Shown here: one piece after another, positions 9,427 through 18,684 of the stretch
Layout: each line of letters begins with the position of its first letter
Numbering within the stretch: position 1 is the first letter of the stretch
Origin: Bacteroidales bacterium
Lineage (GTDB): Bacteria > Bacteroidota > Bacteroidia > Bacteroidales > UBA932
DNA: 64,000 nucleotides
Assembly (NCBI GenBank): GCA_016287075.1
Contig: JAEEVC010000012.1
Span: 23,916 to 87,915 of the forward strand
Reading direction: 5' to 3'
Notes under the pieces: model-generated
Databases searched by the model: none
Told to the model about the DNA's origin: nothing
What the model saw: the letters and a program-made list of their open reading frames with translations, nothing else
Position numbers and translations under genes: made by a program

Positions 9427-12400
9427 ATGAGTAAAATCAAATTTCTCCTCGCCGCGCTCCTGCTGTTCGCGGGCCAGGCGGCTTTTGCTCAGAAGCAGGT
9501 TTCCGGTAAGGTGACCAGCGCCGAAGACGGATCTTCCCTCCCCGGCGTCACGGTCTCCGTCTCCGGAACACTGAAGGGAACGGTCACCGACCAGAACGGT
9601 GCCTATTCCATCAGTGCACCGGACGAAGGCGTCCTGCTTTTCTCCTGCCTCGGTTACCAGGAGCAGCGCATAGCCATCGGTGAAAGAACCCGCATCGACG
9701 TCGCCCTCCAGCCGGAGGCCATCAGCCTCGACGAAGTCCTCGTGACCGCCGTCGGTATCCAGCGTACCGAACGGTCCCTCGGTTACTCCGTCACGAAGGT
9801 TGATGCCGGAGAGGCCGTCCAGAAGGCGGAGCCCGACATGCTCCGTTCCCTCGACGGCAAGATCGCAGGCGTCCAGATTTCCGCTCCGTCCGGTGATGCC
9901 GGCGGCGCGACCCGTGTGACCATCCGCGGTAACTCCTCCTTCCTCGGCAACAACCAGCCGCTCTACGTGGTCGACGGCGTGCCGTTCAGCAACGACGGCA
10001 GCAGCGCCAGAAGCCGCGCGTCCGGCATGGGCGGTGCGCTCGGCAGCGGTATCTCCACCCTCGACCCGAACGACATCGAATCCATGAGCGTCCTGAAGGG
10101 TGCCGCCGCGGCCGTGCTTTACGGTTCCCGCGCCGCGAACGGCGTCATCCTCATCACCACCAAGTCCGGCTCGAAGAACGCGGCCGGCAGGAAGGGCTAC
10201 ACCGTTTCCTTCAGTTCCTCCTACGCCCTGGAGGGCATCGCCTCCCTGCCGGAGTACCAGAACCGGTACGGCCAGGGCTCCGAGTTCAACATCGGCGGTT
10301 CCAACGGTTCCTGGGGTCCCGAATTCCAACCGGGCATGACCCAGGACATGTATGCGGACATCGCCGCCCTGTATCCGGACCTCGCGAAGGAACTCTATCC
10401 CGACCTGGACGGCAAGATTCCCTATCAGGCCTATCCTGACAACGTCAAGAACCTCTTCCGCCGGGGCAGCGTCTGGGACAATTCCATCAATGTCCAGAAC
10501 ATCAACGACAAGGGCATGTTCAATGCCACCGCGTCCTATACCAACCAGAAGAGCTACATCCCCGGTTCCGACTTCGACCGCTACTCCTTCAGCCTCGGCG
10601 GACACCAGCAGATCACCAAGCGGCTCACCATCGGCGGCAACATGTCCTATTCCGTCACCGACCAGTGCAGCCCGATGTACGGCTACAACCAGTCCGGCGA
10701 CGAACTCGGCGGCCTCTCCTCCCTCGCCCGCGCATTCATCATGCCGCGTAGCTGGGACATCCAGAAATTCCCGTACCAGACACCGGACGGCGCCAACCTG
10801 CTTTTCCAGCTCACCTCACAGGCGAACAACCCGTACTGGGCTTGGGAGAATGACAAGATCACCACGCAGCAGAAGCGTACGGTGGCCAATTTCAATGCCG
10901 GCTACAAATTCACGGACTGGCTTTCCCTCGACTATACCCTCGGTTACAACGACTATACCCAGGACCGCAAGAACGTCATCAACCTGGGGTCCCGCGGTTA
11001 CGGCGGCAAGGGCTACATCCGCAAGAGTGTCTACAATGACGCCATGCTCGAATCGACCCTGCTCCTGACGGCCGAAAAGGACCTCATGGAGGACCTCAAC
11101 CTCCGGGTCACCCTCGGTCACAACTACAACCAGGAGACTTCGTCGACTTTCACGGCCAACGGCCCCGAAATCGTCAACCGCGGCATCTATGCCATCGACA
11201 ACACGAAGTCCCAGACGGCCGGCGAGAATTATGCCCGCGCACGGAAGTGGGGTGTCTTCGCCGATATCCTCCTCAACTACAAGAACTGGGCGTTCCTCAA
11301 CCTGTCCGGCCGTAACGACGTGTCCTCGACCCTCCCGGTCGCCAACAACAGTTTCTTCTATCCCGCCATCTCCGCATCCGTGGTGTTCACCGAGGCCCTG
11401 GGGCTCCAGGACAGCTTCCTGAACTTCGGCAAGGTGCGCGCCAGCTGGGCCAAGGTCGGTAACGACGCCTCCCCGTACTACAACAACGGCACCTTCGTCA
11501 CGGGCGCCCCGTACATGGGACAGGCCGTCATGGAACTCCCGACCACCCTCTACGACGAGAACCTCCAGCCGGAATTCACCACCGAGTTCGAGGCCGGTAC
11601 GGAACTCAAGTTCTTCGACAGCCGCATCGCTTTCGACGGCACCTTCTACAACCGGATCTCCGACAACCAGATCGGTGCCATGACCATGTCCCCGTCCTCC
11701 GGCTACGACAGTTATGTAACCAACTTCGGTTCCATCCGCAACCGCGGTGTCGAACTCGGACTGGACGTCTATCCGGTCGTGACCAAGGACTTCAGCTGGA
11801 GCATTTATACGGTCTTCACGAAGAACAACTCCAAGGTCCTCTCCCTGACCGAAGGCATGGATGAACTCTACATCGGCGGTGACTTCGATACGCCGAGGCC
11901 CGGCCTGCGGGTCGGCGAGCCGTACGGTATCCTGATCGGCGAAAAGATCGCCCGGGCCAAGGACGGCACCCCGCTCATCGCGCCGGCGACGGGTATGTAC
12001 ATCAACGATCCGGTCCCCGGCGTCATCGGTGACCCGAACCCGGACTACAAACTCGCCCTGACCAACACCTTCCGTTACAAGGGCTTCTCCCTCGGTTTCA
12101 TGTTCGATTTCCAGAAAGGCGGATGCGTCTATTCCTCCTATCTGACCGACCTGCTGGGCCGTGGTGTCACGAAAGACACGGAAGACCACTACGGCAGCCG
12201 TATCATCCCCGGCTACTGGGCCGATCCCAATACGCTTGAGCCGTACATGGACGCCGAAGGAAACTACTTCCACAACACGACAGCCGTCGGCGAGGACGAC
12301 CTCTGGTTCTCCGACGGCACCTATTCCACCTTCGCCATCAACTCCTGTGACGAGGTCGCGGTTTACGACGCGACGGTGCTCCGCCTGCGTGAACTCACCT

Positions 12401-12624
12401 TCTCCTACTCGTTCCCGAAGAAGTGGATCTCCCGCCTGAAACTCTCCGGCGCCGAGCTCGGTATCGCGGGCAGGAATCTCTGGTTCTGGGCTCCGAACGT
12501 GCCGAAGTATTCCAACTACGACCCGGTCGTCAACTCCTACGGCGAAACCAACGTCCAGGGTATCGACTACACGTCCGCCCCGTCCGTCCGCCGTCTGGCC
12601 TTCAATCTCAAATTAACGTTCTAA
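9427..12624 (+). CDS. SusC/RagA-family TonB-dependent outer-membrane transporter
   Basis: Signal peptide, then a carboxypeptidase-regulatory-like domain (KQVSGKVTSAEDGSSLPGVTV...DQNGAYSI), a plug (LDEVLVTAVGIQRTERSLGYSV) and a 1065-aa barrel ending in ...LAFNLKLTF. Confidence 0.95.
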   Translation: MSKIKFLLAALLLFAGQAAFAQKQVSGKVTSAEDGSSLPGVTVSVSGTLKGTVTDQNGAYSISAPDEGVLLFSCLGYQEQRIAIGERTRIDVALQPEAISLDEVLVTAVGIQRTERSLGYSVTKVDAGEAVQKAEPDMLRSLDGKIAGVQISAPSGDAGGATRVTIRGNSSFLGNNQPLYVVDGVPFSNDGSSARSRASGMGGALGSGISTLDPNDIESMSVLKGAAAAVLYGSRAANGVILITTKSGSKNAAGRKGYTVSFSSSYALEGIASLPEYQNRYGQGSEFNIGGSNGSWGPEFQPGMTQDMYADIAALYPDLAKELYPDLDGKIPYQAYPDNVKNLFRRGSVWDNSINVQNINDKGMFNATASYTNQKSYIPGSDFDRYSFSLGGHQQITKRLTIGGNMSYSVTDQCSPMYGYNQSGDELGGLSSLARAFIMPRSWDIQKFPYQTPDGANLLFQLTSQANNPYWAWENDKITTQQKRTVANFNAGYKFTDWLSLDYTLGYNDYTQDRKNVINLGSRGYGGKGYIRKSVYNDAMLESTLLLTAEKDLMEDLNLRVTLGHNYNQETSSTFTANGPEIVNRGIYAIDNTKSQTAGENYARARKWGVFADILLNYKNWAFLNLSGRNDVSSTLPVANNSFFYPAISASVVFTEALGLQDSFLNFGKVRASWAKVGNDASPYYNNGTFVTGAPYMGQAVMELPTTLYDENLQPEFTTEFEAGTELKFFDSRIAFDGTFYNRISDNQIGAMTMSPSSGYDSYVTNFGSIRNRGVELGLDVYPVVTKDFSWSIYTVFTKNNSKVLSLTEGMDELYIGGDFDTPRPGLRVGEPYGILIGEKIARAKDGTPLIAPATGMYINDPVPGVIGDPNPDYKLALTNTFRYKGFSLGFMFDFQKGGCVYSSYLTDLLGRGVTKDTEDHYGSRIIPGYWADPNTLEPYMDAEGNYFHNTTAVGEDDLWFSDGTYSTFAINSCDEVAVYDATVLRLRELTFSYSFPKKWISRLKLSGAELGIAGRNLWFWAPNVPKYSNYDPVVNSYGETNVQGIDYTSAPSVRRLAFNLKLTF

Positions 12625-12637
12625 TGTGCCGGAAGAT

Positions 12638-14308
12638 ATGAAAAGGAAGTTTTACACACTGATCGGAACTGCCCTCGCCGCCCTTGCGCTGAGCGGGTGC
12701 AATCTGGATATCAACAAAGACCCGTACGTCGTCACCAACCTCAACTTCGACCAGCTTCTGACTGCCACCGAATACGAAGTCGGTATCAACTTCGCCGAGG
12801 GTTACTACCTGAATGCCAACTTCTCCGCATACGTCCACCACACGGTAAGCCGCGAAATTGACAACTATTCGCTGGTCGCCAGCTATGCCACCCTGGGCAA
12901 CACCTGGGAACATGCCTACAAGTTTTCCATCAAGAACTGCGACGCCCTGATCGAGAACGCAGACAAGAGCGGTGACGCCATCTGCGCTGGTATCGGCCGG
13001 GTGCTCCGTACCCATGTCTATCTGAACATGGTCGACCTCTGGGGAGACGTTCCCTATTCCGAGGCCAACGTCGCCGGCATCGACAAGCCGAAGGCAGACA
13101 AGAGCGTGGACATCTACAATGCACTGCTTGAGAGCCTGAACGCCGCGATCGCCAATTTCAATGATGAAAAGGCAGCGAACGCCAACGCCCCAGCCGGTAA
13201 CGACCTGTTCTTCAAGGGCGACGTCAAGAAGTGGATCAAGGCCGCCAACACCCTGAAACTCAAACTCCTCGTCCAGAGCCGCCTGGCCAAGTCCCAGATC
13301 AAGGACTGGAAGAGTGAACTCGACGCCCTCCTTGCCGGGGACAATTTCCTCGCAGACGGCGAGGACCTGCAGTTCCCGCATTCCACCGCGATGACCCCCG
13401 CCGACGAGCGCAACTCCGGTTACGTCGACGAGTATCAGGGCGGCCAGAAAACGGTCTATATCAGCCCCTGGTTCTACGAGTGCATGAGCGGTAACACCTA
13501 CAACTGGAAGGACAACCCGTTCGTCCGCATCGAGGATCCGCGCATCCCGTACTACTTCTACAACCAGGTTGCTGCGGACGGCAATGCTGCCAACAAGACG
13601 GACTACCGCGACGGCGCTTTCATCTCCATCGTGTTCGGTTCCAACTCCGGATTCACGTCCATGACCCAGGAGAAAGCGATGACCACCCTCGGCATCTATC
13701 CGATCGGCGGCAAGTTTGACAAGGGTGAAGGAACGCCCATCGATGCCAAGAGCGGCAACGGTATCGCTCCCGACAAGATGCTCATGGCTTATTCCGTCCC
13801 GTTCATGAAGGCGGAACTGATCCTCGCCGGCGAAGCTTCCGGAGACGCCAAGGAGGAACTCAAGAAGGGCATCGCGTCTTCCATCGCCCATGTCAACTCC
13901 GTGACTGCCGCTGCCGACGCCACTGCCCCGAAGCTTGAGGGCGATGCAGTGACCGATTTCATCGACGCCGTGCTTGCGAAATACGACGCGGCCAACGACA
14001 ACCGCAAGATGGAGATCGTCATGACCCAGAAGTGGATCGCGAACTTCTACAACCCGGTCGAGGCCTACAACGACATCCGCCGTACCGGTTATCCGGTCCT
14101 CTTCAAGGGTGACGCCGAGAACCTGGCCTGGAGCCCGTATGCACAGGAAGTGGAAGCGACCCCCGGCCTGGTCTCCTTTGAACTGGTCAATCTCCTCGAT
14201 TTCCCCCGGATCCTGTACTATCCCCAGAGCGAAACGACGGTCAACCCGAACATCACCAACAAGGGTCGCATTGTTTCCAGCAAGAACGTTTTCTGGGATG
14301 TCAAATAA
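12638..14308 (+). CDS. SusD/RagB-family nutrient-binding lipoprotein
   Basis: It starts 14 nt after the susC-like stop. Lipobox ALALSGC and the C-terminal motif YNDIRRTGYPVLF are present. The track start at 12626 is GTG, so I preferred the ATG at 12638. Confidence 0.9.
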   Translation: MKRKFYTLIGTALAALALSGCNLDINKDPYVVTNLNFDQLLTATEYEVGINFAEGYYLNANFSAYVHHTVSREIDNYSLVASYATLGNTWEHAYKFSIKNCDALIENADKSGDAICAGIGRVLRTHVYLNMVDLWGDVPYSEANVAGIDKPKADKSVDIYNALLESLNAAIANFNDEKAANANAPAGNDLFFKGDVKKWIKAANTLKLKLLVQSRLAKSQIKDWKSELDALLAGDNFLADGEDLQFPHSTAMTPADERNSGYVDEYQGGQKTVYISPWFYECMSGNTYNWKDNPFVRIEDPRIPYYFYNQVAADGNAANKTDYRDGAFISIVFGSNSGFTSMTQEKAMTTLGIYPIGGKFDKGEGTPIDAKSGNGIAPDKMLMAYSVPFMKAELILAGEASGDAKEELKKGIASSIAHVNSVTAAADATAPKLEGDAVTDFIDAVLAKYDAANDNRKMEIVMTQKWIANFYNPVEAYNDIRRTGYPVLFKGDAENLAWSPYAQEVEATPGLVSFELVNLLDFPRILYYPQSETTVNPNITNKGRIVSSKNVFWDVK

Positions 14309-14317
14309 TTTTAGAGG

Positions 14318-15274
14318 ATGTTCAATATGAAAACCAACAAGATATTCGCATTTGCCGGCGCCCTTGCCGCGCTGGTTGCCTGCAACAAGCAGGAACTGCC
14401 CTATGACCTCGCCGGTACCGAGCACGCTGTTGTCGTCGGAATCAGCAAGGCGGAAGGAGCAAGCCTCATCCTGGACAACGACATGAACGCCGGCGACTAT
14501 CGGGTTATCCTCGATGTCCCGAAGTACCAGGGCGACATGTCCATGCTGAAAGAGGCGCAGGTCATGGCCGTCTATACCCGCGGAAAGGATAAGAAGGGTG
14601 TGATCGTCGCCGAGGGAATCACCGAATTCCCGAAGGAGGTGAAGGTTGAGATGAAAGACATCTGCAGCAAACTGGGCATCAGCCGGATCGAGACGGGTGA
14701 CCGTGTCGAATTCACCCCTTGCGTGACGCTCCAGAGCGGCACCCAGGTCAACGGCTGGTCCCCGGTCGCCGGATTCAACAACATCGCGTTCACCAACTGG
14801 CCGATGAATGACGGTACCCCTTATACCTACCGTGTATCCTATACGGCTTTCGCTCCTTTCCAGAAGGAGAAATTCCAGGGCGTCGGCGTTCCCCAGCGCG
14901 GTGCGGACGGTTCCGATTACGGCACGGTGAACGTCACACAGATCAACGACAAGCCCGAATCCTATCCGAAAGGCGTGACCGCTGACGATGTGGTCGGCCT
15001 GAAGATCGAAGGTGATATCTGGTATGCCCCGGACACCATCATCCTTTGGATCAACACCAAGGACTATTCGTTGATTTTCCCGGACCAGGTCGTCTCCCCG
15101 CAGTGGACGTATCCGGGAGGAGCGTACGGAACCTATGACGGCATGCTTATCGGAGGTTCCGGAGAGGTGGACACCTTGAACAACACGCTGACCTTCAGTT
15201 TCGACAGTTCCTGGGGTCCTTACGGCCTCGGCGGTGACACCATCATCCTTTACTTCAACGAAATCGCCGGCTAA
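14318..15274 (+). CDS. PUL-associated surface lipoprotein, unknown fold (SGBP candidate)
   Basis: Lipobox AALVAC, located directly downstream of SusD. An alternative ATG lies at 14327 (MKTNKIF). I recognise no domain. Confidence 0.7.
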   Translation: MFNMKTNKIFAFAGALAALVACNKQELPYDLAGTEHAVVVGISKAEGASLILDNDMNAGDYRVILDVPKYQGDMSMLKEAQVMAVYTRGKDKKGVIVAEGITEFPKEVKVEMKDICSKLGISRIETGDRVEFTPCVTLQSGTQVNGWSPVAGFNNIAFTNWPMNDGTPYTYRVSYTAFAPFQKEKFQGVGVPQRGADGSDYGTVNVTQINDKPESYPKGVTADDVVGLKIEGDIWYAPDTIILWINTKDYSLIFPDQVVSPQWTYPGGAYGTYDGMLIGGSGEVDTLNNTLTFSFDSSWGPYGLGGDTIILYFNEIAG

Positions 15275-15297
15275 TCGCCTGCCTTCATCCCTAAAGA

Positions 15298-15333
15298 GGA
15301 GCAGCCCGCCATGCAGGGGGGCTGCTCCTTTTT
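15298..15333 (+). terminator. Rho-independent terminator of the PUL lipoprotein gene
   Basis: GGAGCAGCCC (15298-15307) pairs with GGGCTGCTCC (15319-15328), followed by TTTTT. Confidence 0.65.
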
Positions 15334-15347
15334 CTTGCCTGCTCCTT

Positions 15348-15428
15348 CAGGAATCGGGGAAAAGAACCTGCATCACCGGTGGCATTTACCCGGACAGGGC
15401 TGCGAAGCAGCAGGCACCGGTGATGCAG
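15348..15428. repeat. Long-hairpin repeat, copy 1 (24-nt perfect arms, 33-nt conserved loop)
   Basis: GGAAAAGAACCTGCATCACCGGTG (15348-15371) is the exact reverse complement of CACCGGTGATGCAGGTTCTTTTCC (15405-15428). The 71-nt core recurs inverted at 19364-19442. Confidence 0.85.
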
Positions 15429-15456
15429 GTTCTTTTCCTGATATAACCAGGCAGCG

Positions 15457-17802
15457 CTACAGCAGCCGGATGAACAGGCCGCCGACCACCGAGCGGGCCT
15501 TCATCGCCTGCCATGCGGGCCTGTCCGTCCAGACCCAGTCCCCCATCGGGACACGGTCTGGGGTCTCGTTCTCAAAGCGCCAAACGGGTTCAACGAAGGA
15601 CATGAAAGTTTCGTTGTCCTCCGAGAGCGAGGCCGTCCAGAGGATCCAGTCAATCTTCGTATAGGCCTGGCGGGAGTCGAGGGGAAGACCATACGGGTTC
15701 TGGACAGTCTGATAATAAGCGAGTTCCTTCTCAGCGACTTCAGCGGGGAAGACATGCAGCCCCAGGATGCGGTCCCAGACCAGGTTGTACTTCTGGCTCC
15801 AGGTGCCGGGGCGGTCGAAGGTCAGGCGGTAATGGTCGCCGTCCGCGGCCTGCTGCAGCCAGGAAACGGCCATCTCGCGGGCCATGACGCCATATTTCAC
15901 CGCCTCTTCCCGCTTCCCGAGCCGGTCCGCCGTTTTTCCGTAAGCCGCCAGGGCCAGGATCGACTTGGCCGACAGGTTGACATTGTGGGCCAGACGGCCG
16001 GCGAAATCGTCGGTGCAGAGCTGGTCGGCGGGATCGAAGCCGGATTCGGAGAGGTATTCCGCCCAGGCGGAAAGCGTCTCCCAGTGCCGTTCCGCATAGT
16101 CCGGATCGTCGTTGTACAAGGCGACGGCGGCCGTGAGGAGGAGCATGTTGCCGGCCTCCTCGACCGGCATGTCGTACGGATAGGTCTGGCCTTCCGCGAT
16201 GGGATAGGTCCCGAGGTCATGGGCCGGGAAAGGCTTCGTCCAGCGGCCGCTTTCGGCATAGTCGAAGATGGGGTTCAACAGGCCTTTCACCAGTTCCGGC
16301 CCGTATTTGAGGAAGAGCGGGGCGGACGGATAGGTCACGTCCACCGTGCCGATCGAACCGTTGCTGTTGTTCTCCTTGGAGAGCCAGAAAAGGTCGCCGG
16401 AGGGGCCCTGGACCAGCTTGTGGGCGGTCACGGCCTGCCGGTAGGCGACGGCGAGGAGGTCCGCATAGTGCGGGCCGCCCTTCTCCGTCGCCTCCCTGTA
16501 CAGGTTCCGGTCGAAACGCCGGCTTTCCCGCAGGAGCGACGGATACGCGTCCCGGGCCTCCCCGAGGGCATCATAGATGCTCCGGTCGCCATTCCGGTTC
16601 CAGTACGGCCGGAGGTCCTCACCGAAATAGCGCACGCTGTACAGGTCGTCATAGGCGACGTAGGCCACGCCTTCCGCCTTGTCAACCGTACCGAGATCGC
16701 GCGAAAGCGTCATGCCGGAAGCCTTGTCAAGCCCTTCCTCCCCCGCGAGGTAGAAATAGCCCCAGTCGATGCGGAGGTCATCCCCCTTCCGCGCAAGCAC
16801 CTGCTGGGCCTGGCTGCCGACCTTGACGGTCACAAAGCCGCCTTGACGCTCATTCTCAAGCGTATACGCCTGGAACGGCTGGTCGAGCGCCCAGTTCGGG
16901 GCCGCCTCGAAACGGATGCCGACCGCATGCGGCTCCTTCGAACGGACGGCATAGGAAAGGTAATTGACCGGGCGGCTGACCAGTTCCGGCCGGTCGAGGA
17001 AGAGCGGGGCCGTGAACGTCAGGTCCAGTTCCACGGGGCCGCAGGTGAAACGGTAATCCGTGTTCATCGCCTGGACATTGACGGCGGTCTGCTGCGCCGT
17101 CTGCCCGGCCGCTGCGCCGCCGGAACGGACCACCAGCCCGAAATCCAGGATGGCCCGGCCCTGGTTGTTGACACCCGCCGCCGCAAGGACATTCTCTCCT
17201 TTCCGCAGGGCGCCCGCCGGCAGCGCAGCCAGGTCATTTTCCCGCGATTTTCCGCCCGTGTCATAGATTTCGCGGCCGTTGAGCCAGACCTTCGCGCTGT
17301 CATTTCCCGTCACCAGCAGGCAGACCTCCCCTTCCGGGAGGGATGCAAGGCTGAACGGACGCCGGACCCGGACCGTCCCGCTGCGCCATTCCGTCCGGTT
17401 GCCGCTCACCTGGGGGGTCCCGAAACCGCCCTCGCCTTCCGGCCAGAGGGAATCGTCATAGCCGGGCTGGGTCCAGTCCCCCTCGGGAATCTCGAAGGTA
17501 TAACGCCCGCTCCACCCGGCCTCCTGCGCATTTGGCAGGACGGTCTTCAGCGTCGGGGACGAGGCGCCCATGAAGCGGTAATCCACGCCGTCCACGGTCA
17601 GGATGCCTGTCAGGGGCATGTCCTTGCCGGTCCAGTGCTGCGGCGCCGCATCGTAGAGGTTTTCGGTCACGGCCCAGGCATTGGTATAGGGGTCGATGGT
17701 CACGAGCGGATAGGCGGATGGCCGCAGTCCGTTCTGCGGAATGGTCGGTGACAGGGTGCAGGCTGTCAGCAGGAAAAGGGCACCAACCCATTGATTTTTC
17801 AT
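15457..17802 (-). CDS. Glutaminase-A-like / DUF4964-DUF5127-DUF4965-DUF1793 family protein (putative glycoside hydrolase), lipoprotein
   Basis: LFLLTAC lipobox, then YPLVTIDPYTNAW...VDGVDYRFMG (DUF4964-like), GDDLRIDWGYFYL (DUF5127-like), SKENNSNGSIGTVDVTYPSAPLFL (DUF4965-like) and YNLVWDRILGLHVFP (DUF1793-like). Confidence 0.85.
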   Translation of the reverse strand: MKNQWVGALFLLTACTLSPTIPQNGLRPSAYPLVTIDPYTNAWAVTENLYDAAPQHWTGKDMPLTGILTVDGVDYRFMGASSPTLKTVLPNAQEAGWSGRYTFEIPEGDWTQPGYDDSLWPEGEGGFGTPQVSGNRTEWRSGTVRVRRPFSLASLPEGEVCLLVTGNDSAKVWLNGREIYDTGGKSRENDLAALPAGALRKGENVLAAAGVNNQGRAILDFGLVVRSGGAAAGQTAQQTAVNVQAMNTDYRFTCGPVELDLTFTAPLFLDRPELVSRPVNYLSYAVRSKEPHAVGIRFEAAPNWALDQPFQAYTLENERQGGFVTVKVGSQAQQVLARKGDDLRIDWGYFYLAGEEGLDKASGMTLSRDLGTVDKAEGVAYVAYDDLYSVRYFGEDLRPYWNRNGDRSIYDALGEARDAYPSLLRESRRFDRNLYREATEKGGPHYADLLAVAYRQAVTAHKLVQGPSGDLFWLSKENNSNGSIGTVDVTYPSAPLFLKYGPELVKGLLNPIFDYAESGRWTKPFPAHDLGTYPIAEGQTYPYDMPVEEAGNMLLLTAAVALYNDDPDYAERHWETLSAWAEYLSESGFDPADQLCTDDFAGRLAHNVNLSAKSILALAAYGKTADRLGKREEAVKYGVMAREMAVSWLQQAADGDHYRLTFDRPGTWSQKYNLVWDRILGLHVFPAEVAEKELAYYQTVQNPYGLPLDSRQAYTKIDWILWTASLSEDNETFMSFVEPVWRFENETPDRVPMGDWVWTDRPAWQAMKARSVVGGLFIRLL

Positions 17803-17891
17803 TATTTGCGCGTTTTTTACCCTTGCAATTCCAAATTAGGAATGGTTTTTGTACAAAATATTCTCCGGACAAATTTAATGATTTGTAACGT

Positions 17892-18491
17892 ATGAAAAAA
17901 ACTCTTTGCACTCTCCTCGCGGCAGCGGCGCTGCTCGCAGGAGTCGAGGCCCAGGCCCAGATGTCTGTCGGAGCCGGCTACCTCAACATCACTCAGTCTT
18001 TTGACAACACCAGTGCCAACGGCAACGGCGCCTACGCCGGCCTTTCCTTCAACATTCCGCTCGCCGGCGGTTTCGGCATCGCTCCCGGTGTGTACTACAC
18101 CTTCTCCAACTACAAGCAGGATGCTGCCTGGGGTCTCCTGAAGGGTTCCACCACCGAACATGCGATCAATGTTCCCCTCAACCTGAACTTCGGTTACAAC
18201 CTCGCCCGTGACATGCGCGCCTTCATCTTCGGCGGCCCTACCTTCCAGTATGGCCTTTCCTCCAAGACCAAGACGGATGTCGCCGGTGCTGCGACCGTGA
18301 ACGATGACAACTATTCCGATGACGGCACCCAGCGCTTCGTCGTCTATGCGGGCGGCGGTCTCGGCATGGACATCGCCAACAAGTTCCAGGTCACCGTCGG
18401 TTACGACCACAGCGTGACCAACATGATCAAGAGCGACAGCCACAAGGTCGGCCGCGGTCTCCTGAAGATCGGCGCCGCCATGCTGTTCTAA
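17892..18491 (+). CDS. Small outer-membrane beta-barrel (porin-family/OmpW-like) protein
   Basis: Signal peptide ending AQAQ, alternating amphipathic strands with Gly/aromatic residues, and a terminal ...IGAAMLF. Length is 199 aa. Confidence 0.8.
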   Translation: MKKTLCTLLAAAALLAGVEAQAQMSVGAGYLNITQSFDNTSANGNGAYAGLSFNIPLAGGFGIAPGVYYTFSNYKQDAAWGLLKGSTTEHAINVPLNLNFGYNLARDMRAFIFGGPTFQYGLSSKTKTDVAGAATVNDDNYSDDGTQRFVVYAGGGLGMDIANKFQVTVGYDHSVTNMIKSDSHKVGRGLLKIGAAMLF

Positions 18492-18534
18492 GCGACCGTT
18501 CGGATTACAGAACGCGAACAACTCGTTTTAAGCC

Positions 18535-18567
18535 GGAGGGCGACACTGCGTCGCCCTCCTTTTTTTT
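18535..18567 (+). terminator. Rho-independent terminator of the OMP gene
   Basis: GGAGGGCGAC-ACTGC-GTCGCCCTCC followed by eight T. Confidence 0.8.
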
Positions 18568-18575
18568 GTGGCCAG

Positions 18576-18665
18576 GTGACGGAGACGTCCCCAATTTTGG
18601 CAGGCCTCCGTCAAAACAGGCGGTTTTTGCGGGAGACGTCCCATTTTGCGGGACGTCTCCGTCAC
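18576..18665. repeat. 90-nt nested-palindrome repeat, copy A
   Basis: Starts GTGACGGAGACGTCCC and ends GGGACGTCTCCGTCAC, with an internal third GGAGACGTCCC. A second 90-nt copy lies at 49923-50012. Confidence 0.85.
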
Positions 18666-18684
18666 TTCATCCCGGGGATTTGCG

